Both the position numbers and the translations under genes were made by a program. Below are positions 25,080 through 39,048 of a DNA stretch of 64,000 nucleotides, one piece after another. Source of the stretch: Pavona decussata (Eukaryota); the NCBI GenBank assembly GCA_977016875.1, contig CDRNST010000186.1, forward strand, positions 2,232,001 to 2,296,000. Direction: 5' to 3'. The notes beneath the pieces were generated by a model, which was not told where the DNA came from, searched no databases, and was given only the letters and a program-made list of their open reading frames with translations. The stretch's first letter is position 1; each line of letters opens with the position of its first letter.

Positions 25080-25862
25080 CGCTAGTAGCCGGCTTGACTA
25101 ATTTGACCTCAAACTGCTTCAGTTCGCTATAACTCGTTATTACTGATTTCCTTTTCAGTGAATAATTTATAAGACTTCTTGTAGGGAAGACCATGACACT
25201 TGCCAAAACTGGATTATGTCATTGTGATAGTTAACTTTCTTAGGATAAATTGTTAAAACCGTTTAGCACGATATATAACATCGTTTTCTTCGTATCCAGA
25301 CTCGAGAGTCGACGAAAAACAGTAAGAATTTTTTTGGAACTTTGATTGGTGTATGCTTAGTTTTAGACATTTTATTGCTTCAATAACCTTGAATTTGTTA
25401 ATGGAATAAACAGCTTTTGAGGTCGTTGTTCTGTGAGTTTTATTAGAGTTTCACATTTTGTTATACAGTCCTTTCCTTAACGCGTTTGTTAAAAGATAAT
25501 TTTATAGCCTTTGTCATCGTTCTTTTAACGGAAAACGCTTAAAAGTTAAAGCTGATTTCCTAAACCTTTCTTGCAACCTAAATGTTATGCTAAAGCATGC
25601 GAATAGATCAATCTGCTTACACAAATATGTCTTTAATAAAGGGGTAGAAATTAATAAGACAGCATTTGGCTGCAATGTTCTCGTTGGGCGGCCCTAGAAT
25701 CTTAGCTGTAGACCTTTTAAACCTTGGTCTCCTGGAACGTAAGTGTGGAAAACTTTCTCAACTGAAATTGCTATCAGACAACTAACAACCAACCACATGA
25801 TACGCTTGATATCTCTGAGAAAAAAACCATTGTTTACAAGAGGATTCCAAGAAATGCCGGAA

Positions 25863-26254
25863 ATTGCATCACCAAGGGAAACTGATAAGGAAAATGTGAC
25901 AGTTTTGAAGGCCATCCAATCAAATTTTAGAAGTATCAGTAAACAAGCCAAAGGGTAATTCAGCTTGCGAGAAAGCTCTCCGTTTAAGTCAGCCGCGGAA
26001 GGATAGCGAGAGCGGCGAGCGAAGCGAGTCACGAGAGGACCTAAAAGAGAGCTTGCTCGCACACTAAGAGTAATTCTGATTGGTCAGAAAAACGGGAACA
26101 CCCAAAATAACTTAATGACGTAGTGGCGTCCACATATAATTAGCATCAGAAGCAGCAAGTTCGAACGACGAACGTTAGTTCGTCAGACGGAGAGGAAGCG
26201 CTGTTGTTTCTACAATTTTCTACCCTGCTTGCAAAAAATTTGAAAAAGGTAGGT
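25863..26254 (+). promoter_or_regulatory. Orphan duplicated promoter/first-exon module
   Basis: ATTGCATCA 25863, CCAAT 25916, ATTGG 26079, TGACGT 26116, donor 26249. Homology to the copy-4 intron breaks off at ~26490. Confidence 0.6.
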
Positions 26255-27186
26255 TTTTTCCTTATTCTTTCTTCTTTTATTTCTCTTTCGAGGGGCCATC
26301 GAACTGAAGTGAAGCCTTAATGTAGGAAATTAATTGGCGCAATCGATGGTTTGCAATTCAGTGAAAAAGCGCCTCGCGTAGTAGGCTAAAACCTTTCTCT
26401 CAAGATCTCCGGGAAAGAGAGACCGAAGAAGAAAACTTGGACGGATTTGTTTCCTATTTAAGGTTGAACCTGGCTTCTATACCAGAACGAAAGTTGTATT
26501 GCTATAATAAATCATCACCGAGATCTCTCCCTCGTAGGGAGGACGGTGGGGGGGCATTAAACACTGCTCCACAGTGGAAAGTACCATTCTGATTAACTCC
26601 CTCAGCAGGATGAATGTTCCCATACACCCTTCAAAGATCGCTTATGGGTTTCATTTTTTGAAGATGTTTGAACGTAAACTGCTTTGTGACTCCTGGATGA
26701 GATTAACTGTCTCACAATTTCAGCAGAATGTCTGTAATAGACAATAAAGGTGTCATCAGTTACTTACATTGGTTTTTCTCGTGCACCAACAATCCAGCAT
26801 TTGCCAACTTGGGTACCACGTGCGTAGTTATTGATAATCCATAACACTAACAAAATCTTAATTGGACCAGCTTGTTCAGTCTGAACTGGTAAAGTGTTGG
26901 TCTCATTGTTCCGTTTTCAGTTTAAAACAAAACAAACAAACAAACAAACAAACAAAACAAAACCGCGAGGAACTCAGCAATATTTTCGCAGCCGAGTACA
27001 GACCCCACTCTACCTGCAGCTTCATTAACTATTCATGAGATAATTAAACAAGAAAGATCAGTGCAGTGAAGAGGGCCGGTTTGGAAAAAACTAACTAAAT
27101 TCATAAATCCCCCAAACGTGCAGTAGCAAAGGTCATATTCATGCATCTAAAGCTTATGCTTATGCTTATGCTCATCGAGTCCTAAC

Positions 27187-27445
27187 CATTTACTTTAGGA
27201 TCCTCTCCATAAACATCGTCACCAACTTCAGCAGCAGCCATTGCAGCTCTCATTTCCTTGGTTGGCTTAGTAACAGTGTCACCTCTCAAATCGATCACAC
27301 GAGATTCACTTCGCTTCTTGTTCAAATCGTGCTGTCCACTTTCGTACATGCCGCTAGAGAAGTGACATCGCCGTTGATTTGCGAGCTTTCCGTATTTCCC
27401 CCACGCATTTCAGGTAAACCGAGGGCTGCTTAAAACCTTTGTCAT
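27187..27445 (-). pseudogene. Threonine aldolase exon 1, pseudogene copy B
   Basis: Near copy of 12328-12580 with CGA>TGA at codon 12 and LRSDT>LRGDT. Degenerate exon-3 copies at ~21130-21241 and ~26550-26645. Confidence 0.85.
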
Positions 27446-27872
27446 GGTAGCTAAGAGGGAGAGTTGTCCTCCCTCTGAAACTATGGCTTAAAAAGCCGTT
27501 TACGGGAACTTCAAATAACCTCATCTTTCCACCGAGTGGTAAAAACAGGGAGGCCGTTCAAAATGAACGTGTAGGACTTGGGGAAGAGCATGAAGCCTTC
27601 CTTGGTCATGCTGCGCGAAATTGAAAAATGATTTAAAATTACAAGTCATTTTACTATAGCTGTTTTTGAGTATGTTTCGTGACATTACTGTGCAGCTAAA
27701 TTAGTACAGCTAAATTAGTACAGTGATGAAAATGCTTGTAAATATATACCCCCCCCCCCCTCCCCCCATATAGTGGAGTCAAGAAAAGTTTACTAAGTTT
27801 CACTGGGCAATAAAATCGCTTTTGAAAAAAGTGAGCGGGAACATAAATCTGCCTCATTAGCATGTTGAATGG

Positions 27873-28200
27873 ATTACATCATTTAAACTTGCATCATTCT
27901 AAGTTGTGCTGACGGACAGCGCTTTCGAATGGATATTTGAGGGGAAAAACCCAAAAGCAACAGACCAAGAAATTGCACCATATGTTCAGTCATTAGTGTG
28001 GCTGACGTCCAATCAGATGCGAGAAGAAGCTCATTAAGAGTAGATCTGCTTGGAAAAACCCCATTCTCGTCCCCAGAGCCTTCTGGAAAACCCCCTAAAA
28101 ATATGAAAATATATATGACGTCATTGAACCCTATATAGACAATCTCTGACTTGGCGGCAAATTCAAATCATTATTTCGTTCGAAGAAGAAAGAGGTAAGT
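27873..28200 (+). promoter_or_regulatory. Promoter/first-exon module (upstream of copy 5)
   Basis: ATTACATCA 27873, GGGGAAAAACCC 27941, ATTGCACCA 27972, CCAAT 28009, TGACGTCA 28116, donor GTAAGT 28195. Confidence 0.62.
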
Positions 28201-31084
28201 TTATTCCTGACTTGAGCAGATGTTTCCTCTTTTACAACACATTTTTCTCGGGCAAATCAACGAAGCTTCATACCTAGAGACTCAGGGCAGATAAATCACT
28301 CGAGAAAAGATTAACTAGAAGGTAAAAGCGGCGATTGCAAGGGAAATGTTAAATGAAACAACACCACTTTACTGTAAACTTTTTCTCGATTGTGCCGATT
28401 TCTCAAGGTTTTCGTGTCCACAATTCGTCTGTCGGCTTGGGTCTGTAGTGGAAACCCGAAATGTACTATCGACTAGAAGTTGACATTTCTTCGACAAAGC
28501 GAGAACAAGCTGTATTTTCCGTGCGTCTACCTTTGAAGAAATTTGCTTACATATAATACTGCAGCAGAAGGGGTATCGCGGTTCGAAGAGAGCCTCGTAC
28601 TTTTCTAACCTTGTTGTCTTCTTTTAGTTCTTTTAGATCTCAAACAGCCATAAAGACTGAATAACGACCAGTTGCCGTGCTATTCTGTATATCAAAGCAA
28701 GGTAAGGACAAACACCTACAGTGTAGTCTGGCCGATTCATAAGACAAATAGCTTACTTGCCATGCAGTTTGTTACTGCTGGAGTTGCTTAAAGTACAATT
28801 TCAGTTTGAAGACCTTTGAAAAAGAGCGGGAATTAAAAACTACTACATCAGCATTTCCAAACCACTTTGCTTATTCAACTTAGCAATTGCACGTAGTAAC
28901 AGATCTATCATACTGCGCTTGAACCAATCAGTTTCAAACGTTTTAAGATTTTCTTTCGCTTCGAAATATGACTGTGCTTTAGTGTCTGAGTATGCCTTGT
29001 CCAATTGTTATACATCGTGTAGAGCTGCAAGAATTCTGTAAAACAACAAGTGGAACGGGCGACAAGTATACGATTAAACTTGTCTATGGTATTCATATAT
29101 ATGCATAAGACAGTCTAACCTGGTTTGACTGGAGTTCCTGCCTCAACATTGTCCGATTAGTGATCGATCAGAGTTCAATTCAAATAAGTGTGGAAACTAG
29201 TCTTGTTTCCTTTTCGAAATCGTAAGGTTTGTCAGCCATTTGCATCAATTACAGCATGCGCAAAGACCAGTTACTTCAAGTCCCAGTGTTGTGAAGAGTC
29301 TTATATACATCCTTCGCTAGGCCTTTTGATTTGTATCAATAACATCTCCATTGTCTTATCCCAGTGTCTCATCCCGAGCCGATTTACGTGGGTACATGTA
29401 TTTTTATAAAACATATACCGCAGTGATGTTGTCAACAAGGGTCTATATTGGAATCACAGTTTTCTCGGAAATTGACCTCTCACCAATATCCAAATATTGC
29501 AATAATGATTTTCTTACAAGGAGTCACGCAATAGTGGTCTAGGGCCTGTTCATGTGACTCCGATCAACTGGCTCGCTTTCCGAGATTTCGCCTCACCGCC
29601 ATTTCTTTCCTAAAAATCTCGATGTGTTCGTATGAAAAGGCGTTGTAGCCCTGTTACCGAGTTCTCGGTTTTTGCAACCGTCGGCTGAACAGCGCTCAAA
29701 ATTTTCCCATATGAACATTCGGTTAAGGAACGAATCAAGAATGGCTTACAAAAACCTTGATTTCGGCGCTGATAAATAAATTCAGTACCAAGAACTGCGA
29801 ATAGAAATGGCCGGAAAAACTTTTTCACTTGGACGATGTTTTTATGCTTGGTCCCATGGTTGCTTTACAGCTGTCGGATGATTTCGACAAACATTCAAAG
29901 GAAGAGAAAGCTTAAAGGGGAAGTCTCATGGGTTTTTTGACCTGTTTGGTTACAAATGGTGAAATAAGACCTTCATATAGCTACAAATCAATTTTAGAAC
30001 CATGAGAGAAAAGAGATCAACTCAATTCTTGAAAAGAACGACCCGTGATTAGTTCTGGCGCATTTTGGAGTTAGCCTAACATTTTTCAAGTTTCAATCCA
30101 TACCGATCTACCCTGTCTCTAGCCAGAGGCACTGATTGACAGTTTTATTGCACGAGGGTGATAATTTCTAACAAAACTAGACAATTATTTTATGTTTCTG
30201 TTGACAGACAAACATTTTGGGGTTTTGAAATGACATCAAATTCGCGTGATACTTCCCCTTTAAGCGAAGAATCGCACCTCAGTATTTGACCATACGAAGA
30301 ACGACCCGTGATTAGTTTCAATCCATACCGATCTACCCTGTCTCTAGCCAGAGGCACTGATTGACAGTTTTTTTAAGCGGAGAATCGCACCTCAGTATTC
30401 TCCTCGGTAACCGGACCGAAATTTCCAATATAAACAGAAGACAAAATTCGTCCCACTAACCGGGCCAGCCTGGTTACCGGGCTGATATGAAGAGGCCCTC
30501 GGCAGTCTTGGGTTCTTTGACCATACGAGACGCTAGATATGCACAACAAGCAAGCTCTGGAGTCGAAAATATACACCGAGATAAACCATTCTCGTCCCAA
30601 GAGCTGCGATCCTTTTGGCCAGCCTTACACGCACGGCTCACGATCCCAACTTTGAGTCCCCCATAACCGTGAACCTGCACGGGCACAAAGGTTTTGTTCA
30701 ATAATGAACTGAAGATTTTAATAAAAAAACGAAATATTAGAATTAATGAAGTGAAAAATTAGTCAAGCTTGAAAAATCTTCGTCCTTTTCCTTCCGAACT
30801 CGAATCCATTCAATCCACCTTCATCATCAATCCTAAGCACTCCTGAAGGGGCATAGGGCGTTCACCAGTACACACTACCTTGTAAACATTTTGGGTCTGT
30901 CCCACGAACAGTCCACTTCCCTTCCAGTTTTTGTTGGGGCGTCCTCCATTTTTCCTCTTTTCCTGAGGTTGGTAGGCAAAATTCGAATCCCTTAGTGATT
31001 AATAGAAGTTAGAATTTAATTCTCATATTTCTTATGGGCTTTCTTAGTATCCGCGTTGTATTTCTTTAACAGGTAAAGCCAAAA

Positions 31085-31419
31085 AATAAAAGCAATATCT
31101 GCACAAGGCTGTTAAATAAAGAGTGGCGTCTATGGTGGACAAAATACCTCATTTGGAAGGGATCTACGTGATAGGGCTCACTCACCCCATTGAAGAGCCT
31201 GAAGTCGTTTATGTCGGTCGATCGAACGACGTCCATCGCAGAATGGTGGAACATAAAAGACAAGACTTAGCCGTAGATCAGTTTGTCAAGCAGGAGTTTA
31301 CCGCTAATGGCGGGGAGGATCTACGAGTGAAGTGGATCAAGGAAGCCACAGAATCGCAATACGTTGAATGTATTGCTCAGAAATTAGGATACTGGCCACG
31401 ATACAACATTCGGCGTTGA
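31085..31419 (+). pseudogene. GIY-YIG copy 5: original ATG lost and 5' frameshift; residual 95-aa ORF from ATG 31132
   Basis: Relative to copy 6 (39049): no ATG before ATC TGC, a 4-nt deletion (CTATACGAGGTG > CTATGGTG) and a 12-nt in-frame deletion (KENNPEAT > KEAT). Catalytic motifs are retained. Confidence 0.75.
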
Positions 31420-32086
31420 ACTCAGCGGAAGTATAAGTAGCAGTGAACCGAACAATTAAGTTAAAACACCGCAGCCCGATAAGAAGAGGTTAATTTCATG
31501 TTAAAGACGGGAGAGAGAATAAAAATTAACTGTAATATATCGCACAGTTGTAATCTTTAGTCCGCTTATACTCTGTTACTTTGAATACCAGTCAGTTTGC
31601 CCTTCTTCAGTCAATAAATTTTCGTTTAATTCAGTATTGCTCATGATTTTCTTTTTCGTGTATTTCATTAAGCCTGGGACTGGGTATTCCTTGAAAAACA
31701 AAAACAAAAGCAACAACAGAAGCAAAAACAACAACCGCGACAATAAAAATATGTTGCTATCCAAACTTTCTGTATTGTGACTTTAAACAATCTAATATTC
31801 TCACATAGAACCGGAGAGCCACTCTACGCGTCACTGCCCTTGACAGCTCCTTTCGTTTGAGTAGCTAATCAAGGTGGTTTGATATATTGTAGGCTAACTT
31901 AAAAAAATCGTAACCATTCAAGTGTGCATTAACCGAGGTGGAGCGTTCGCTATCTAAAGCTTATGTATCACGAACCTTGTGCGCTGATCAATTTGAATCG
32001 TCAACAACCACGGCCCCTCACCCCGGTGCATTTGAACTTTTGGAGATTTACTGTTCAACTTCCCGTCTAATTAAACCTTCGACTTC

Positions 32087-32152
<66 letters not shown>
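32087..32152. repeat. (TCAA)n microsatellite
   Basis: About 16 tandem AATC units. Confidence 0.95.
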
Positions 32153-32153
<1 letters not shown>

Positions 32154-32195
32154 AGGGCTGCTTAAAAACCTTGTCATTGTAGACAACAAGAAAAG

Positions 32196-33681
32196 GGGTG
32201 TCAGTAAAACGCGAGGTCGGGGCCGGGGTCACTTTTTTTCTTTCTTTTTTTCTTTTTTTTTTTAACATCACAGGTCATTTGTGGGTCAAATAAGGTTATT
32301 AAAGCCAATATAAAAAAGTTAATTCTCTAAAGCTTACTAGCTTAGGATAGCTCATCGGTGGCAACACTCGGTGCAGTTCCGTATTCTGGCCGACATTGGT
32401 TCCGTGGATTGACTACCTTTTATTCTTCTAAGAAACGAAATGAGGCAAAAAATACAAGGTACGAGACAACATATTTCCTTGAACTAACAAATTCTTGAAC
32501 TAGAATGTGCATGATCTTACTATGAACACCCCTACGGTTTTCGACGCCATTTTGACGAGTTTGAAATGGAAATCCGATGTCAAATAATTTTCATAAAACA
32601 TTGCTGCTAAAAAAAAATTAATGAATTGGAAACTTTTAGCACTAGGAAAAGGATTTTAAGAAAAAAATTGGAGGGATGTAGCTGTGCCAGAAAGCGTCCA
32701 GCCGTGTTTTGAACTTTCCATACATTTGTCTGTAAAGCGAACCAGCCGTGAACTGCTACTAAAAATAGTTCGCGGGAAAAAATACGGGCAAATGTATGGA
32801 AAGTTCAAAACACGACTGGACGCTTTCTGGCGCAGTTACATACCTCCAATTTTTTTTTCTTTAAATCCTTTTCCTAGTGCCAAAAGTTTCCAATTCATGG
32901 ATTTTTCAGCAGCAATGTTTTATGAAAATTATTTGACATCGGATTTCCATTTCAAGCCTGTTTGCCTACTCGTCAAAATGGCGTCGAAAACCTATTTACA
33001 TGTCAGTTTTGATGTCGGCAATCAGATTTCAGAGTTCTCGTAGAAATTTCCCTAGTTTATTGACGGTATAAAACAATTATTTTTTCTTTACATTACAGCA
33101 CAAGTGTTTCAAGAATAACAATTGTCTCTCAAGTATTTTGAGTCTTTTTTTTTTTTGTCAGTTAATGCGTCTTTTGCGGAAAGATTTCCAGAGAAATGTT
33201 CTACATTCCGTTCAAATGCCGAGCTTTACAAAGGAATTCGAACGCATGTTTATTTCATTCTCGGAAATAATAGTCACGCGTGACATGGATTGACTGTAAC
33301 AAACGAGCGCGATCATGGAAGGCGGCAGGGGTGTTCATAGTAAGTTCATGCACATTCTAGTTCAAGAATTTGTTAGTTCAAGGAAACATATTGTCTCGTA
33401 CCTTGTATTTTTTGCCTCATTTCGTTTCTTGGAAGAATACAAGGTAATCAATTCACGGAACCAATGTCCGCCAGAATACGGAACTGTATCGAGTGTTGTC
33501 ACCGATGTCTTTGACCTATCCTATTTGCTAGTAAGCTTTAGAGACTTAACTTTTTTATATTGGCTTTAATCCCTATTTGACCTACAATGTTGAAAAAAAA
33601 AAGTAACAAAAAAAAAAGAAAAAAAAAAAAAAAAAAGAAAAAAAGGGACCCCGACCCCGGCCCCGCGTTTTACTGACACCC
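32196..33681. mobile_element. Fold-back/MULE-like non-autonomous element with ~340-bp TIRs and a nested inner palindrome
   Basis: TIRs start GGGTGTCAGTAAAACGCG (32196-32533 vs 33328-33681), 9-bp TSD CAAGAAAAG (32187-95, 33682-90), inner inverted repeat 32536-32992. Confidence 0.85.
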
Positions 33682-34111
33682 CAAGAAAAGTGTTTTCCCT
33701 CGCAAATTATGGCTTAATAAGCCCTTCCCGGTAACTTCATATGCCCACATTTCTGCACGAACTGGCCAAAAGAGGCAGGCTTCCGAAAAAGAACGAGCAG
33801 TACCTGGGGCAGAGGACGAAGCCGTGGTTGTGCCGCAGGTAAAATTTTAAAATGATTGAAAATCACAAGTTTCATCATATAGCTGTTTTTGCGAACGTTT
33901 ATATCGAGACATTACTGTGCAGTTAACAGACTGAAATGCAGGTTTGCGCATTTCAATTTTAACTTGCGGTTAGGCCCTCTAAAATACAGCCACGAAAATG
34001 CTTGTAAATAAAGAGTGGGGTCAAGTAAAGTTTACTTACAAATGGACAGTAAAAACAACTTTTGAAAAAAGGAGCGGGAACATAAATCTGCTTCATCAGC
34101 ATGTTGAATGG

Positions 34112-34399
34112 ATTACATCATAAGATGTGCTAGGACAGCACTTTCGATATTTGAGGGAAAAAAACCCAGAAGCATCAGACCAAGAAATTGCATCATCTTC
34201 ACAAGTGTGGCTGAATGTGTGGTTGATGTCCAATCAGATGTATAAAGTTCAAGATGAGTAGATGTGATTGGTCGAGAAAGGGAAACAAACCTAAATAAAT
34301 ATATGACGTCAATGAACCAATTTGGACCACAATATCAATATTTCTGACTTGGCGGCAAATTCAAATCACTCTTCCGTTTGAAGAAGGAAGAGGTAAGTT
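34112..34399 (+). promoter_or_regulatory. Promoter/first-exon module (upstream of copy 6)
   Basis: ATTACATCA 34112, GGGAAAAAAACCC 34155, ATTGCATCA 34187, CCAAT 34230, ATTGG 34267, TGACGTCA 34304, donor GTAAGT 34393. Confidence 0.68.
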
Positions 34400-37300
34400 T
34401 ATTCCTGACTTGATCAGTTCTTTCCTCTTTTACAACACATTTTTCTTGGGAAAATCAACGAAGCTTGATACTTAGAAACCCAGAGCAGACAATTAACTCG
34501 AGAAAAGATTAACTAGAAGGTAAAAGCGGCGATTGCAAGGACAATGTTATTTATGAAACAACCCGACCACCTTGTAAACGTTCTCTCGATTGCGCCGATT
34601 TCCCAAGGTCTTCGTGTCCACAATTGTTTGTTCTTGGGTCTCCAGTGGAAACCCGAAATGTGCGATCGACAACAAATTGACATTTCTACGACAAAACAAC
34701 AACAAGCTGTAATTTGTTGTGCCTAGCTTTGAAGAGATTTGTTTACCTATAATACTGCAGTAGAAGGGCTCAGCCTCGTACCTTTCTAACCTCGTTGCCT
34801 TCTTTCAGTTCTTTTAGATCTGAAACAGCTATAAAGACTGAATTACGGCCAGTTTCTGTGCTATTCAGTATATCCAAGCAAGGTAAGGACAAACACTACA
34901 GGGTAGTCTCGCAAATAGCTTCAGTTGCTTGTCACGAGGTTTGTTATACTGCTGCAGCTGTTCAAAGTGCACAGTTAGCTTAAAAAAGAGCGGGAATTAC
35001 AAACTACTACATCAGCATTTCCGAAAAACATTTTTTACTCAACTTAACAATCGCGGTAGATTTATCATACTGCGCTTGAACCAATTTCAAACGTTTTTAT
35101 ACTTCATTTCGCCTCGATTAACTAGCTTTAGTGCGGAGTGTCTCAGTATTCCTTGTGTCCAATTGTTTATACAGCGTGTAGAGCTGCGAGAATTCTGTAA
35201 AACAAGCAGTGGAACGGGCGACAAGCAAAATATCATGTTTTTGATATCTCTGTTAAAATGAACGAAGCGTAAATTTATGTAACAAGAGCTAAACGAAGTG
35301 TGAATGCGATTAAACTTGTCTATGGTATTCATATATACGCAAAAGACAGTCTAACCTGGTTTGGCTGGAGTTCCTGCCTCAAGACCGATCACCGATCGAT
35401 CAGAGTTCAATTCAAATAAGTGCGGAAACTTGTTTCCTTTCAGAAATCGGAAGGTTTGTCAGCCATTTGCATCGTTACAACGAAGATCAGTAATTCAAAG
35501 TCTCAGTGTTGTGAAGGTAAGAGCCTTATATACATCCCTTGCTAGTCCTTTTGATTTGTATCAATAAGATGTCCATAGTCTTATCCCGGTGCCTCAGTAA
35601 CCCGGGCCGATTTACTATATTAAGAGAGACGTGTGTACATGTATTTTCGTAAAATATAAGCCGCAGTGATGTTGTCAACAAGGGATTATATTGAATCACA
35701 GTTTTCTCGGAAATTGACCTCTCAACTGACCCAATATTGGTATTTTGGAAGGAGTCACGCAAGAATAGGCTGGGGCCTCTTCAACCGGGCTGGCTCGGTT
35801 GCCGAGATCTTGCCTCACCACTACATTGTATTTCCATCGTAAAAATTTCGATGCGTTCATGTGATAAGGCGGGCTAGCCCGGGTACCGAGATCTCGGTTG
35901 ACTCTTGGATGCTAAACGCCATACCGAGACATTTTGTTGATTTCAAAAGTCGATTATGTATTTAGGGCTAGGAAAAATACCTTTTGGTCAATGTCCAGTT
36001 GGATTTTAGTTTCTGATTAGTCAGAAAATCGAGCAGGGCCCTAGAATACACATTGGACATATCTCCTGTTGTTTCCACAATTTCTACCTTGCTGACGTAG
36101 AAGTCGAAAAGAGTAGGTTGTTTCCTTATTCTTTCTTCTTTCATTTCTACTAATTAAGTAAATGCGAGCGGCATATAATCGAAGTTAGTGAAAATGAATG
36201 TACGAAATTAATTGGCGCAATCGATGGAAAGCACGCCGCCTCGTGTAGTAGGCTAAAACCTTTCTCCCACGATCTCCAGGAAAGAGAGACCGAAGAAGAA
36301 AACTTAAACGGATTAGTTTGCGATTTAAAGTTGAACCTTCTATACCAGAACAACAAATTTAAAACAATGTTGATGAAAATACGAAAGCGACTTTACCATA
36401 ACATCATCATCATCTTGAAAATACTTAGTGAGTTGTTTCATCTGGAATTTAATCTAACTGACATGGAGGAGATTGAACACTTACAAGCTTATGAACTTGA
36501 TTCCTTTTATATCAAAATCTCAAAGACTAACTGACGCAAAACAAAAGATTTGTTGTATTTTTGTAGAAGGTAAGGAAAGCAGTTTGTTCACCCAATGCCT
36601 GTTAAGAGCGCCTGTCTGTAAAAACCAGACAAATTCTAAATTTCGCAGCAACGGTGGAAGATTTAATGTTAGATAGGCTAGGATATAACTAAAATCACTG
36701 TATAGTATCTTCGGTGAAATATCCCTTTACTTGAAAGAAAAATGCAAATAACGAAAACTGTTAAAGCCGTCATTTGAGGCGCTAAATTATTACACGGGTT
36801 ACAGAGCCTAGAAAACAAATCATTCTACCGCCTTTAAAACACTCAATTCTTTTTTACAATCTCTAAATATCTGTTGGAATGAGTGGGAAATATTGCGTTC
36901 TGTGTATGCGAAAATAATTTAATCTCGAAGGCATACAATTCACTGCAGTAAAAGTACTCCCCCCTGAAGTACTTCGTGAACAAAATTAATTTCCACCTGA
37001 TGCGCGTAACCTTTAAATCGATTAAGCTTCTGGGCCCGGTTGTTCGAAAGCTGATTAACGCTAATCAGCTTGAAAAAGAGCGGGAATTACCAACTTCTAC
37101 ATCAGCATTTCCGAAAAACTTCAAATGTTTATTCAACTTAACAATCGAGGTAGATCTATCATACTGCGGTAAACTTGAACCAATTTCAAACGCATTTAAA
37201 GATGCGGAGTGTCTGAGTATGCCCTGTGTCCAATTGTTTATACAGCGTGTAGAGCTGCGAGAATTCTGTAAAACAAGAAGTGGAACGGTCGCCAAGTAAG

Positions 37301-37822
37301 ATGTCATGTTTTTGGTATCTCTGTTAAAATGAACGAATGCGTATATTTATACAACAAAAGTTAAACTGAACGCAGGAAACGAAATCTGAATACGATTAAA
37401 CTTGTCTATGGTATTGATATATATGCATAAGACAGTCTAACCTGGTTTGGCTGGAGTTCCTGCCTCAAGACCGATCACCCATCGATCAGAGTTCAATTCA
37501 AATAAGTGCGGAAACTTGTTTCCTTTCAGAAATCGGAAGGTTTGTCAGCCATTTGCATCCTTACATCGAAGATCAGTAATTCAAGTCTCAGTGTTGTGAA
37601 GGTAAGAGCCTTATATACATCCTTCGCTAGTCCTTTTGATTTGTATCAATAAGATGTCCATAGTCTTATCCCAGTGTCTCATCCCGAGCCGATTTACTGT
37701 ATCAAAAGAGACGTGGGTACATGCATTTTTATAAAACATTTGCTGCAGTGATGTTATCAGCAAGGGATTGTATTGGAATCACAGTTTACTCGGAAATTGA
37801 CCTCTAAACTGACCCTGTATCA

Positions 37823-37925
37823 CCGCTAAATGTAATAACAACACTAAATGTAATAAACTTTAACGCTAAATGTAATAATCTACCCAACCGTAAATGTAAT
37901 ACAACTTAACGCTAAATGTAATAAC
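37823..37925. repeat. Short tandem-like (C)TAAATGTAATAA repeats, probably a transposon subterminal array
   Basis: Five copies of taaatgtaata spaced 20-27 bp apart. Confidence 0.6.
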
Positions 37926-39048
37926 CGTGTCAACCTTTTGAATAGGGCAAAGGATTGTCAACCTTCTACAAGCGATATTCATGGCTACAATATGAGTTTG
38001 TCTACCATATTTTCTATGAGCAAGGAAATATCATCCTTCCTCGAATTATTTTTTCCCTGAAAAATTATTTAATTTTAAATATGTTCCTCTGCATAAGCTA
38101 GTTTTCGCACTTTTTATTGTTAACAGTAACAGTCTATAACAAAGAATCAGGAACAAATCTTATATTGGAACAAAATATATAAGTACTGTAATTAATTGAT
38201 TTGAAATGTATAAAATGTACCGGTGAGTCATTTGAAATGAGTCATTTGAAATGTAAAAAAAAACTTCAATAACAACAAGTTCCTTAATAATTATCCTATA
38301 TTGGCTTCAATTCTTGTTTTGATTTCTCCATTTGATAGCCCTTAGGTAAAACCACGAGCCTGTTCTAGTGTAAAGAAGCCATACCCATGCGTTAATCCAT
38401 TGCGGACTGCCTATTATGGCCTTAAGAGCTAAAACTTGAAATCACAGTCAGTCAAACCGACGGTCTTGGGTTCTTTGACCACACGAGACGCTGGATATGT
38501 ACAAAAAGGAAGCGGGCTCTGGTGTCGAAAAATATACACCGAGATAAACCATGCTCGTCCCAAGAGCTGCGATCCTTTTCGCCAGCCTTTCACGCACGGC
38601 TCACGATCCCAGCTTTGAGTTCCCCATAACTCAACAAGCACAGACACAAAGGTTTTGTCCAATAATGAACTGAAGATTTGAATCAAAAACGAAATATTAA
38701 TTAATTAATAGAGTGAAAAATTAGCTAAGCTAATAGCTTGGGAAATCTTTTCTTTCTTTTCCTTCCGAATCCGAATCCATTCAATCCACCTTCATCATCA
38801 CTCGTAAGCACTCCTGAGGGAGCATAGGGCGTTCACCAGTACACGCTGTCCCACGAACAGTCCACTTTTCTCTGACCCTTCTAGTCTTAGTTGGGGCGTC
38901 CTCCCTTTTTTCTTCTTTCCCTGACATTAGTAGGCAAAATTCGAATCCCTTAGGGATTAATAGGATTAATAGAAGTTAGAAGTTAATTCTTGTATTTCTT
39001 ATGGGCTTTCTTAGTATCACTGTACTTCTTTAACAGGGTGAGCAGAAA

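Noticed and set aside
37823-37925. CRISPR-like array (also 62582-62740)
   Set aside because: Repeats are short, degenerate and irregularly spaced, with no cas genes and a eukaryotic context.
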